The notes under the pieces were generated by a model. That model was given only the letters and a program-made list of their open reading frames with translations. It had not been told where the DNA came from and made no database searches. Of a DNA stretch of 64,000 nucleotides, positions 19,692 through 28,752 are shown piece by piece (position 1 is the stretch's first letter; the number at the start of each line of letters is the position of its first letter). The DNA comes from an uncultured Chloroflexia bacterium. Its GTDB lineage: Bacteria; Chloroflexota; UBA6077; CF-72. The position numbers and the translations under genes were made by a program. The DNA lies in the NCBI GenBank assembly GCA_963776625.1, contig CAVZNP010000001.1, positions 205,922-269,921 of the forward strand, given 5' to 3'.

Positions 19692-21427
19692 TTTTGATCC
19701 AGAGAGCTGAAGTAGTCTTTGACGAGGTCACGCAGACCGAGCGGCACGTTGTTGGAATCGTTGCCTTGCGTGGGCTGGCTCGAATAGTTGGGCTGGACGG
19801 ACTCGGGCGCGGTCTGTGCACTGCCAGAGCCGGCAGCGCTGGTATACGGGTTGACGCTGCTCTGGTCCGGAGCGACATTGCCGCTCTGGTCCTGTTGTGG
19901 GTCGGTGGTGACGTCGAGCTGACTTGGCGACCCGCCGTTGTTCACACTCTGACCGTCGCCGCCCGTCGAATACCCGCCGCCCGTGCCGGTGTCGTCGCCG
20001 GTGCCGCCCTGGTTGCCCTGCGACCCGGCGCCGTTCTGGTCGCCCGCCCCGCCGCTCTGGTCTCCGGTCTGGCCCTGACCGCTGCCGTCCTGGGACTGGC
20101 TCCCATTCTGATCGCTGGTCGTCCCCTGACCGTTCGCGGCTGACTGGCTGCTGCTGCTACTGGTCGAGCTGTTGCTGGTGGTGTTGTTGCCCGAGCGACT
20201 CTGCGTGCGACCAAGTGCGCGCTCCAGGGCGTTTTGACTGCTTTCGAGCTGGCTGGATGTCCGCTGGCGCGCGTCCGCGGCCGCGGCACTCTGGCTCAGT
20301 TGATTCAGCGCGTCGCTGGCGGTCTGGGCCTGGGCGCTGCTGGCGTCACCCGCCTGCTGCCCGCTCGCCTGACCGGCTTGCTGGCCAGCCTGCGTCGGAT
20401 CACCGGCAGCGGCCGCGGACGCTTGCAGCGCATCCGCCGCCGCCGACATGTTGTTCGCGACGCTCTGCGAATCAGCGCCTGCCTTGCTCGACGCGTCACG
20501 CAGCGCCTGAGCGAGCTGCTGCTTGTCTTGTGGCGACAGGCCTGCGATCGCCTGGGACAGGTCCTTGGCGGCCTGCGAGACCTGGCGCATGTCACCGGTA
20601 TTGATCGCATCCGACAACGCCTGGGTGTTCTGGTTGCCGGCCAACGCGCTGGCCATGGCGGCCAATGCCGCGGACAATTGGTCGTCGCCCGCGCTCATTT
20701 GCTGCACCTGATCTTCCAGGTCCTGGAGCGCATTCAACGCCGCATCGGGCTCGTTGCTACGCGCCTGCATCGTTTGCGCACCCTGGCTGACCTGTTGTCG
20801 CAGCGCGTCGATCTCGGGCGACTCATTCTGCGGCAGGCTGTCCGCGACGCGTTGCACGCGCTGCGCCTGCTCGCGAGCCACGGTGATGCTCGGGTTGGAC
20901 GCGCGCGCCTGCAGCAGCCACGGGTTGGGGCTGATTCCGACGATGGCGGCGATCGCCGCCACAAAGAAGGCAGCCAACAGCTCCTTGCGCGGCAGACGCA
21001 GGGGGAACGCGTCAAAAAGCTCAACCCGCCGCAAATGTTCGACCGCGTCGCGCATCTGAGCGACTGCCAGCGGGAACTCCTCGCCTCGACGCCCGAGCTC
21101 GAGGGCGGTCATCGAACGCTCGTGCAGCCCGGCGGCGTGGTCGATCCGCCGCGCGAGCTCGACCGAGTTGTGGCGAATGAACATACTGCCGACCGCCAGC
21201 AGGATCGCGCCACCGAAGGGAATGGCGATCAGACCCGGAATCGACAGGTTGTTGACGCCGTCGCGCGTCCAAGCCCAGACGACGAGCCCTAACACGATGA
21301 GCATGCCCGCGGCGAGCCCGCGCGCCAGCCAGGTCAGTCCGCGCTGGAGCGAGATCGCGCGTCCGACCGAGTCGAGCTGCTGACGCAGTTCCGCGTGATA
21401 GGTTGCCGCGGGAGAAAGCATCGTCAT
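19688..21427 (-). CDS. Membrane protein with N-terminal TM helices and a long Gln/Ser/Gly-rich low-complexity C-terminal region. Function unknown.
   Basis: Predicted TMs ('LAAGMLIVLGLVVWAW', 'GLIAIPFGGAILLAVGSMF'), then coiled-coil/low-complexity sequence. Four-bp overlaps with both neighbours. Confidence 0.6.
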   Translation of the reverse strand: MTMLSPAATYHAELRQQLDSVGRAISLQRGLTWLARGLAAGMLIVLGLVVWAWTRDGVNNLSIPGLIAIPFGGAILLAVGSMFIRHNSVELARRIDHAAGLHERSMTALELGRRGEEFPLAVAQMRDAVEHLRRVELFDAFPLRLPRKELLAAFFVAAIAAIVGISPNPWLLQARASNPSITVAREQAQRVQRVADSLPQNESPEIDALRQQVSQGAQTMQARSNEPDAALNALQDLEDQVQQMSAGDDQLSAALAAMASALAGNQNTQALSDAINTGDMRQVSQAAKDLSQAIAGLSPQDKQQLAQALRDASSKAGADSQSVANNMSAAADALQASAAAAGDPTQAGQQAGQASGQQAGDASSAQAQTASDALNQLSQSAAAADARQRTSSQLESSQNALERALGRTQSRSGNNTTSNSSTSSSSSQSAANGQGTTSDQNGSQSQDGSGQGQTGDQSGGAGDQNGAGSQGNQGGTGDDTGTGGGYSTGGDGQSVNNGGSPSQLDVTTDPQQDQSGNVAPDQSSVNPYTSAAGSGSAQTAPESVQPNYSSQPTQGNDSNNVPLGLRDLVKDYFSSLDQK

Positions 21428-22377
21428 CGCGCGCGCCTGCCTTTCAACGGATGGGTTGGCTCAATTGCGACGGCCGCGCCTGCGACCAGCAGCACCGCCA
21501 GCGCGGTCCAGGCGAGGCTGCCGATGACCCACGCGGGCAGGAGCAGACCGGGCGCCCAGTTCTGCGGCGGCAGCGACAGGACCGTCCGGTAGGCGACTGG
21601 TGCGCCGCGCGCAAAAGTGTCGGTGGCGCTGCCGCCGCCAGACAAGAGTGCCAGGAAGGGATTGAGCCACAGCAACGGGCGGAACATGTCGTTGCCGCTG
21701 AGTACGGCAAACGCCAGGTACAGGCCGAGCGTGCCGAAGACCATGAACAGGGCGACCGCCTGCGCGAACAGCGCCGCGGGCAAGGCCGAGCTGAAGAGCG
21801 AGCCGAAAAACACGCCAAGCGCGCAGTAGAAGAGCGTGACAGTGCAGACGATGGTGATCAGCGCGATCACCTGGTCGGCCTGGACCCCGCCGAAGGACCA
21901 GGCCGGGGCAAAGAACGGGATGCCAACGGCGAGCAGCAGCAGGCTGAACGCCAGCGCCGCCAGGACCTTGCCGAGGACGATGCGCGCGGGACCGGGCCCC
22001 TGCAGCAGGAGCAAGTCCAGCGTGCCACGCTCTCGCTCTGTGGCGAAGGCGGACGCGGATACGGCTGGCGCGACAACCGCTGAGGCGAGGATCACGCAGA
22101 CGCCCACCGCGCCGAACAGGAAGATGGCGCGGTTGGCCACCAGGATGTTCGTGGACGTCGTGGAGGTGGTCGAGAAGAGCGCGGGCGCGGCGTTGGCATC
22201 TGGGGCGAGGATCAGGGTGCCGAGAAGGAAGACCATCAGGGCGACCAGCAGGATCAGCAGCGTGAACGCGGCGAAGGTGAGGCGGCCGCGAAGCCAGGTC
22301 TGAAACTCCTTGATGACCAGTGCGCCAATCAGCGGCACTGGCTGCCTCCAACGCTCGTGGCCGCGGGCATAGGGCAT
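21424..22377 (-). CDS. ABC-2 family transporter permease (6 TM)
   Basis: Start 'MPYARGHERWRQPVPLIGALVIKEFQTWLRGR' is typical of ABC-2 permeases. Hydrophobic core throughout. Confidence 0.7.
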   Translation of the reverse strand: MPYARGHERWRQPVPLIGALVIKEFQTWLRGRLTFAAFTLLILLVALMVFLLGTLILAPDANAAPALFSTTSTTSTNILVANRAIFLFGAVGVCVILASAVVAPAVSASAFATERERGTLDLLLLQGPGPARIVLGKVLAALAFSLLLLAVGIPFFAPAWSFGGVQADQVIALITIVCTVTLFYCALGVFFGSLFSSALPAALFAQAVALFMVFGTLGLYLAFAVLSGNDMFRPLLWLNPFLALLSGGGSATDTFARGAPVAYRTVLSLPPQNWAPGLLLPAWVIGSLAWTALAVLLVAGAAVAIEPTHPLKGRRAR

Positions 22378-22561
22378 TGTGTACCTCTGAGCCTCAGCCT
22401 GCCAGTTTTCACGTGCCCGAGCTTCCGTGAGGTTTCCCACACCAAAGGTGAACTACCGCGCGGGTCACTCTGGAGAAAACGTGTTGATCTTGGAGATGCG
22501 CACGCGCCACCGCGAGCGCGAAAGGAGGTGTCACCAGCACCTCTCTTGTGAGAACCCTGCC

Positions 22562-22850
22562 CGGGACCCCGCTGGGGACCCGCTGGGGGACCCGTCTGGG
22601 ACCCGCTGGGGGACCCGTCTGCGACCTCGCTGGGGAGCCCGTCACGGGACCCGTCTGGCACCCTCTGGGGAACCCGTCTGGGGACCCTCCGGGGGGCCCG
22701 TCTGGGACCCCGCTGGGGACCCCGCTGGGGAACCCGTCTGGGGAGCCCGTCTGGGGAGCCCGTCTGGGACCCCGCTGGGGAACCCGCCTGGGGACCCGTC
22801 TGGGACCCGCTGGGGAGCCGTCTGGGGAGCCGTTGGGCCCCCGCTGGGGA
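22562..22850. repeat. 12-bp minisatellite (consensus gggacccgtctg / gggacccgctgg), ~24 imperfect units
   Basis: Visible periodic repeat between the ABC ATPase and ABC-2 permease genes. The period is a multiple of 3. Confidence 0.85.
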
Positions 22851-23025
22851 AAGCAGGCGTCACCGCGGCGATTCTTCGTGAAACAACCGCGAAAGAGCGG
22901 CCGCGGGCGAGCGACGCTCGACGCCGAAGTGCGACACGCTCGACCCGGCACGAATCAACTGCGGCAGCAACGCCGCCAGCGCCTCCTCGTCGCCCGAAAA
23001 CAGAAACCACACGTTGCGTCTGTCT

Positions 23026-23884
23026 TCATCGACTTCGAGCTCGCTGCACGTCCCGCCGCTGCGAAAGCAGAGCGACGCCGGCCTCGAGCTCATTGATGAT
23101 CTCGGCGCGGACCCGCGCAACGTTCGCGTGCTGCGGCTCGGCGAGTGCCGCCGCCGCCGCCGCGTCACCACTCCAGACCAGCGTTCCGTCACGCAGTACC
23201 GCGACGCTATCACACACTTCGAGGGCGTCCTCGGGCCGTGTTGCGGCCATGACCACGGTCGAACCCGAGCCGGTGCAGCTCGCGCAAGACCTCGATCTGC
23301 TCGAGACGGGCGAAGCCGTCCAGGCCGCGCAGCGGATCGTCGAGCAGCAGCACGTCCGGCTCGTGCACAAGTGCGCTGGCGAGTGCCAACCGCCGCCGCT
23401 CGCCAGGCGAGAACGAGCTGACGTCGCGCCAGCGACGTTCGTCCAGTCCGACGACCTGCAGCAACGTGTCCACGGCAACTTGCCGCACCTGCTTGCCCAG
23501 GCCACGGGCGCGTCCGACGAACTGCAGGTACTGCTCGGCGGTCAGCCCGTCGTACAACATCGGCTCTTCGGGCAGGTAGCCGATGCGGTCGCGCACCGCG
23601 CGGGCGCGCACCAGGGTGTCGTAGCCATGAACGGCGATCTGGCCGCCGGTCGGACGGTCCAGGCTAGCGAGCAGGCGCAGCAGGACGGTCTTGCCCGAAC
23701 CGTTGGCGCCGATGATGCCGAGCGCCTGATTGGCGTCGACCCTGAACGACACGTCGTGCAGAATTACTCGCGGACCGAAGCGACGGGTCAGGTGCTCGAC
23801 CAGTACCGCTGGTTCGTTGGTCGGGTGCGGAACCAGCGGGTGATCGTTTTCGACGGCCCGCTCCAATGGTGTCTCCAGGCTCAC
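23026..23884 (-). CDS. ABC transporter ATP-binding protein. Apparent frameshift near 23285-23295.
   Basis: 'GANGSGKT' Walker A, 'LSGGERRRLALA' signature-like 'SFSPGERRRLALASAL' and 'LLLDDP'. The C-terminus 'GSTVVMAATRPEDALEVCDSVAVLRDG' continues in another frame (ORF 23026..23505). Confidence 0.75.
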
Positions 23885-26352
23885 TTGATGGCTCCGACAG
23901 CCGTGACGTCCAGTCGGTTCAACCGTACTTCGCGCACCGTTGACGAGAGCGACGCATCCAGCGTGTAGCGCAGGCGAATCTCACCCGCCGCCGAGATGTA
24001 GCGATCGCCGTCGGGGACGATGCTGCTGCCAGAATTGACGTTCCACGCCTCCCACTCGGCGGCGCGCCAGTTGAACAGCGACACGGTGAATGGCATGTCG
24101 GTCTGCTTGACGCGGCCCTGGACGACGCCGTCGACGTTCAGGCGGAGCTGGTCGAGCTGGAACGTCCCCTCGCTGGGCGGAATCGCGAACTGCAGCGTGA
24201 TCGCTTCGCCGGGCGCGACGGTGTAGTAATCGCGGTCCGTTGGCGCCCCCGAGCCGATGCCCAGGTCGCGCTTGTTCATGGCCGCCGCGGGTATTTCTCC
24301 GTCGAAGCCGATGGGCAGTTGCGGTTTGAGCGGCTGGACCAGCAACGTGAAGTCCCCCTGACTCAGGCGGAAGTCGGGGGCCACGATTTGATCTGGCGCT
24401 TGCTGGAGCCAGCCCACCAGCGTCGGCCCGCGCATCTCCAGGCGAGAGAACAGGAAGCGGGCCGAGAACAGCGACTCGAGCCAGTCGCGGCGTGCCGAGG
24501 CGCCAGGTTTGGCCGTCGAGCCGGGCGGCGTGAGTTTGTCGGCAATGGCCGTGGCCGCGAGATTTCCGGCGGCGGCCTGGGACGGCAGCAGGAAGTCGAG
24601 TTGGCTGGACTGGTCTTTTTCGAGCGTGCCGAGCGGGCGGATGTCGCTGTCGACGACGACGTATGCGTCGCTGAGGCGGCCCCCGGTGCGGTTGGTCACC
24701 ATGCCCGTCAGCGCGCCGTGATCCACCTGCAGGTCAGCCTGAACACCGGGCGCGTCTTTCAGCTGGCCATCAATCTGTGCGGTGGCGAGCTGGCCTTGCT
24801 TGAGCTGCACGTTTTGCAGGGTTGGCTGGGCACCCTCGAGCACGGTGAACGGCCAGTTCGAATCCGACTCGTCACTCGGTCGCGGGAACGGGTAGTACAG
24901 ACCGCGGCTCAGGTCGTCCTGCGGCAACACGAAGTTGAACGTCCCGTCGCGACGCGCCAGCATGGAGACGTACTCGTGCGTGTAGGCCGCCGAGCTGTTG
25001 CCTACGTCGATGGGGCGGATCACGACGACACGCGTGATCGCCGCATCGGGCTCGGCACGTTGGCGGGCGGCGACGAATGCCACCGCCCCCGCGATAGCCG
25101 TGAAGCCAATGACGGACAGCAGGCCCCAGCCGACCATGCCGCGGCGGCCAAAGACGAACAGCGCGCCGCCCAGGCCGACGCCGTAGACGGCGATCAGCGT
25201 CCAGAACCAATCCAGCGAAGGCTTCGGCTGCGTCGAGAAGTCGGCCATGGCCAGACGTGGTGGGCGACCGCCCCAGCGCAGGTAGGGCCGCACCAGCGCG
25301 GAGCCCACGCCGTTGTCGACCGCGGCCTGCGTGATCAGGTAGCGCCACAGCGCGTCGTTGCCGCTCCACTGGCGGAAGTTGCGCGATGTTGGCTCGAAGG
25401 CGAGATAGATGACGGTCCCGTCGCCCTCCTTGGAGGCTACGATGAGCGGCACGCCGTCCTGCGCGACCACAACGTGGGCGCCTTGATCCGTGCGCGGGCG
25501 GCCATTGCTGACCAGCCACGGTCCATTCTGGTCCATCGGGGTCTGCATGAAATCGCCCAGCGCGTTGAGCGACTGGACGTTCGTGAGGCCGCTGGGTTCG
25601 ATCGGCAGCAGGTCGGGCGGCAGCGGACCGAGCGTGCTTTGCCAGGTGGAGCCGCCAACCTCGATGAGGAGACCGCCCGTGCCGACCCACACCTGAAGCG
25701 CCTCGAGCTGTTCGGGTCGCAGTTGCGCGGTCGCGGCGTTGTCGATGATCAGACAGTCGAAGCTGCCGAGCAGCTGGGCCTTTTCAGGCATCGAGGCCGG
25801 ATCGAGCGGCGCGGTGCGCGCGCGGCGGATGGGGGGTGGCAGGTCGAGCGCGGCCAGGAAGTCGTAGGTCGATGGATCGCGGGCGAGCACGCCGCAGAAG
25901 TAGTCGCCGAGGGGCACGCGGGTCATGTTGATGTCCTGCTCGGTGATCAACTCGCCGCCCGGGTCCGTGACCAGACGTGCCGTCAGGCGGTTGTTCGTCG
26001 CATTCGGCAGGTTCACTTCCATCGAAAAGCGACGATTGCTCAGGCGCGGCAGGACCACCGGCAAGGAGAACGTGGTCGGCACGAAGCTGTACGTACTACG
26101 GCCACCCGGCTGATCGACGACGACCTGGACGTTAGCCTTGATCTCGGCGCCTTCGTTGACGAGGTTGACATCGAGCGGCACCCAGCCACCGACGCGTCCA
26201 GCGCCGTTGAAGCCCGCTTGAACGTCCATACGCACCGAGCCAGTGTCTTGCGGTTGCGCGGGCGCGTCCTGAGCGTCCGGGGCGGAGGCGGCCGGCTGCG
26301 CGCCTCCCATGAGGAGGCCTAGTAGCAGCAGGACCCCGACGACGGCGCGCAC
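23881..26352 (-). CDS. Large secreted/membrane protein (~823 aa) with a signal peptide and two central TM helices. Possibly an auxiliary component of the adjacent ABC-2 exporter.
   Basis: GTG start with a strong SD (GGGAGGGAG) and the signal peptide 'VRAVVGVLLLLGLLMGGAQPAASA'. ATGA overlap with the ABC ATPase. No recognised domain. Confidence 0.6.
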   Translation of the reverse strand: MRAVVGVLLLLGLLMGGAQPAASAPDAQDAPAQPQDTGSVRMDVQAGFNGAGRVGGWVPLDVNLVNEGAEIKANVQVVVDQPGGRSTYSFVPTTFSLPVVLPRLSNRRFSMEVNLPNATNNRLTARLVTDPGGELITEQDINMTRVPLGDYFCGVLARDPSTYDFLAALDLPPPIRRARTAPLDPASMPEKAQLLGSFDCLIIDNAATAQLRPEQLEALQVWVGTGGLLIEVGGSTWQSTLGPLPPDLLPIEPSGLTNVQSLNALGDFMQTPMDQNGPWLVSNGRPRTDQGAHVVVAQDGVPLIVASKEGDGTVIYLAFEPTSRNFRQWSGNDALWRYLITQAAVDNGVGSALVRPYLRWGGRPPRLAMADFSTQPKPSLDWFWTLIAVYGVGLGGALFVFGRRGMVGWGLLSVIGFTAIAGAVAFVAARQRAEPDAAITRVVVIRPIDVGNSSAAYTHEYVSMLARRDGTFNFVLPQDDLSRGLYYPFPRPSDESDSNWPFTVLEGAQPTLQNVQLKQGQLATAQIDGQLKDAPGVQADLQVDHGALTGMVTNRTGGRLSDAYVVVDSDIRPLGTLEKDQSSQLDFLLPSQAAAGNLAATAIADKLTPPGSTAKPGASARRDWLESLFSARFLFSRLEMRGPTLVGWLQQAPDQIVAPDFRLSQGDFTLLVQPLKPQLPIGFDGEIPAAAMNKRDLGIGSGAPTDRDYYTVAPGEAITLQFAIPPSEGTFQLDQLRLNVDGVVQGRVKQTDMPFTVSLFNWRAAEWEAWNVNSGSSIVPDGDRYISAAGEIRLRYTLDASLSSTVREVRLNRLDVTAVGAIK

Positions 26353-26617
26353 CGAACCTCGCTCCCTCCCCGTCGTGAACCGATGCAGTGGCCGCCTGCC
26401 GGAATCGACCCAGGCGGGAGATGGCAGCCAGTCTAGCAAGTTTCGCCGCATCGAGAAAAACGATCGTGGTGCTTGAATCGGTTGAGTTTCGCGCACCGGA
26501 CCCGCGGCCAACACCCTCTGGTGCCGGAAGCTCACCACCGTCCACGCCGTTTACGGGAGCGCACGCTGCAGTCATAGCCGTACGAAGCGCGTGCGTGTCG
26601 TAAATCGTGAGTGAGCG

Positions 26618-26670
26618 CTGGTGGAACTAGCCCCCTGGTGGAACTAGCCCGCTGTTTCAACTAGCCGCCC
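26618..26670. promoter_or_regulatory. Three direct repeats of 'tggaactagcc' (16-17 bp spacing) upstream of the 8-gene operon. Candidate operator.
   Basis: 'ctggtggaactagccc' x2 followed by 'gctgtttcaactagccgccc'. Confidence 0.35.
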
Positions 26671-27731
26671 GCCGCGCACGGCGTGGGTGGGTCAGGTGAT
26701 GCCAGCGTGTCGGTGATCGGCGGCAGGGCGCACAGGGCCTGAATCGCGTCGTCGAAGTGCTCGATCGGAATGATTTGAATCGAGTGCACCCAGCGGTGCG
26801 CGTCCTCGGCGTCGTCCGCGGGCACCAGAAAGATCTGGGCTCCATCCTGTTCGGCCGCAAGCGCCTTTTCCGCCGCGCCACCCACCGCGCCAACCGTGCC
26901 ATCCTGGGCGATGGTGCCCGTGCCCGCGACGTAGTAGCCGCGCGTGAGATCGCCGTCTGTTACTCCGTCCAGGATGGCCAGTGCAAACATAAAACCTGCA
27001 GAGGGTCCGCCGACGTTGTCGGACGCGATGTTCACCTGAAAGGGCACCTGCACGTTGAACATGTACGTACTGATGGTCACGCCGACCACCGGGTGACTCG
27101 CGTCCGTCGGCGATGCGACGGTGGCCAGGTCCACGTTCATATCCTGGCCGCCGCGCTGCACGTCCAGCGTCAAATGGTCGCCGACGGCGTGCCCCGCGAT
27201 CGCCTGGACCAGGTCGTCGGTGGTCTGCACCGGCTGGCCGTCCACGGCGACGATCAGATCGCCCGCCTGCAGCACGCCCTGCGCTGGCATCCCGTCAATC
27301 ACGGAGTCGACGCGCGCGCCTTTGCCCGTAATCGTGACCGGAAATCCCGCCGCGCGCAGGGCCACGGCCGTCGCGACGGGCTTGCTCTCGTCGATCAGAC
27401 GCTGATTGGCCTGGTTGAGCTGCTGCTGCGACGTGCCAGGTGGCCGAATGTAGATGGTCGGGACGATTTCCGCGTCACCCTTCAGCCTGGCTTGCGCCAC
27501 CTCGGCCCAGTTGGCCTCCTCCTCGTAGACCGCGGTGAAGGCCATGTGGCCCATCGGTTTCTGGTACTCGGGAGGAATGCTCAGGCGCGGCGTGGGCGCC
27601 GACTGCGTGGGAGCGAGCCCCACGTCGTAGGTGCCACCAGGCGTGATCAGGGAATAAGGACTGGTTGCGCCCAGTGGGGCTACGACCAGCACGCCCACCA
27701 GGAAGGCGATGCTGACCACGTCTCTAACCAT
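26661..27731 (-). CDS. PDZ-domain plus Lon-type S16 proteolytic-domain protease (YlbL/SdrC-like)
   Basis: PDZ 'VLQAGDLIVAVDGQPV' and the Lon catalytic motif 'GPSAGFMFALAILD'. N-terminal signal/TM. Confidence 0.8.
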   Translation of the reverse strand: MVRDVVSIAFLVGVLVVAPLGATSPYSLITPGGTYDVGLAPTQSAPTPRLSIPPEYQKPMGHMAFTAVYEEEANWAEVAQARLKGDAEIVPTIYIRPPGTSQQQLNQANQRLIDESKPVATAVALRAAGFPVTITGKGARVDSVIDGMPAQGVLQAGDLIVAVDGQPVQTTDDLVQAIAGHAVGDHLTLDVQRGGQDMNVDLATVASPTDASHPVVGVTISTYMFNVQVPFQVNIASDNVGGPSAGFMFALAILDGVTDGDLTRGYYVAGTGTIAQDGTVGAVGGAAEKALAAEQDGAQIFLVPADDAEDAHRWVHSIQIIPIEHFDDAIQALCALPPITDTLASPDPPTPCAAGG

Positions 27732-27925
27732 TTTTAAGAAGCTCCGTCTACGCTCAGCCGTTCTGCTCTAGAAGTTCGGCCGCCAAGCCCCGTTTCGGCT
27801 CGAGTCGCAGTCGGCCGAACTTCTGCACACCGTTTGCGCCAGGGACGCGGCATGCGGTTTCGAGGTCCATCTCAGGCTTTTTCGGGCGCGTCCCTGGCGA
27901 GCCGTAATCGTATCCTTTGGGCGTC

Positions 27926-28432
27926 ATGGCGGCGGGAGAATCATCCTTCGATGTTGTTTCGCAGTTCGACCGGCAGGAGCTGGTCAACGCGGTGGACCAG
28001 GCGCTGCGTGAGGTGCGCACGCGGTTCGATCTCAAAGACTCGGGTACGACCATTGAGCTCGAAGCCAGCGAGGTCAAGCTGCACAGCGCGAGCGAGATGA
28101 CGCTCGAGGCGACGCGCGATGTGCTCTTGCAGAAGGCCGTCCGGCGCCAGCTGTCGCCCAAGATCTTTGCTTACGGCAGAGTAGAGGAGGCCTCGCGCGG
28201 CACGGTGCGACAGACGGCCGCGCTGCAGCAGGGGCTGTCGCAGGACCTGTGTCGGGAGATCACCCGCTTGTTGCGCGAGCGCATGCCCAAGCTCAAGACG
28301 CAGATTCAGGGCGACGCGGTGCGCGTCACGGGGAAGAGTAAAGACGAGCTGCAGGGGGCGATAGGCCTGCTGCGAAAAGCGGAGCAGGATCGTAACTGGC
28401 CGGTGCCGCTGCAGTTCGTGAACTATCGCTAG
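27926..28432 (+). CDS. yajQ: YajQ-family (UPF0234) cyclic-di-GMP-binding protein
   Basis: 'SSFDVVSQFDRQELVNAVDQALREVRTRFDLKDSGTTIELE' is a typical YajQ N-terminus. Length ~168 aa. Confidence 0.85.
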   Translation: MAAGESSFDVVSQFDRQELVNAVDQALREVRTRFDLKDSGTTIELEASEVKLHSASEMTLEATRDVLLQKAVRRQLSPKIFAYGRVEEASRGTVRQTAALQQGLSQDLCREITRLLRERMPKLKTQIQGDAVRVTGKSKDELQGAIGLLRKAEQDRNWPVPLQFVNYR

Positions 28433-28469
28433 GCGGCTCGAGGTCGCAACCCACGACGCCTGGGCTCTG

Positions 28470-28745
28470 GGATGCTGAGGCACGCACTCTCGACGCCGTA
28501 GCGACTCGGAGGCTGAGGCACGCACTGTCTAGCCCGTAGCTGAGCAGGGTCAGGCAACATTCTCCCTCCCCCGTGAGGGGTGCGTCTGACACTGCGCGCC
28601 TCAAATCCCAGTCGCAAACGTGAGCGACTCGGAGGCTGAGGCATGCGCTGTCTAGCCCGTAGCTGAGCAGGGTCAGGCGACTTTTTCCCCCGTGAGGGGT
28701 GCGTCTGACACTGCGCGCCTCAAATCCCAGTCGCAAACGTGGGCG
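28470..28745. repeat. Tandem ~120-bp REP-like hairpin units (2.3 copies). Each carries the core 'gaggcacgcactgtc' in both orientations.
   Basis: Units at 28503-28622 and 28625-28741. Internal palindromes 'gaggcacgcactgtc ... gacactgcgcgcctc'. Confidence 0.85.
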
Positions 28746-28752
28746 CCGTAAC

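Noticed and set aside
22562-22850. CRISPR array as an explanation for the tandem repeats at 22562-22850, 15400-15680 and 59085-59190
   Set aside because: Units are 12-25 bp, imperfect and contiguous with no unique spacers of 30-40 bp. No cas genes are nearby.
22427-23968. 513-aa plus-strand ORF spanning the minisatellite and antisense to the ABC ATPase
   Set aside because: The antisense frame is kept open by GC bias. The opposite strand carries clear Walker A/B and ABC signature motifs.
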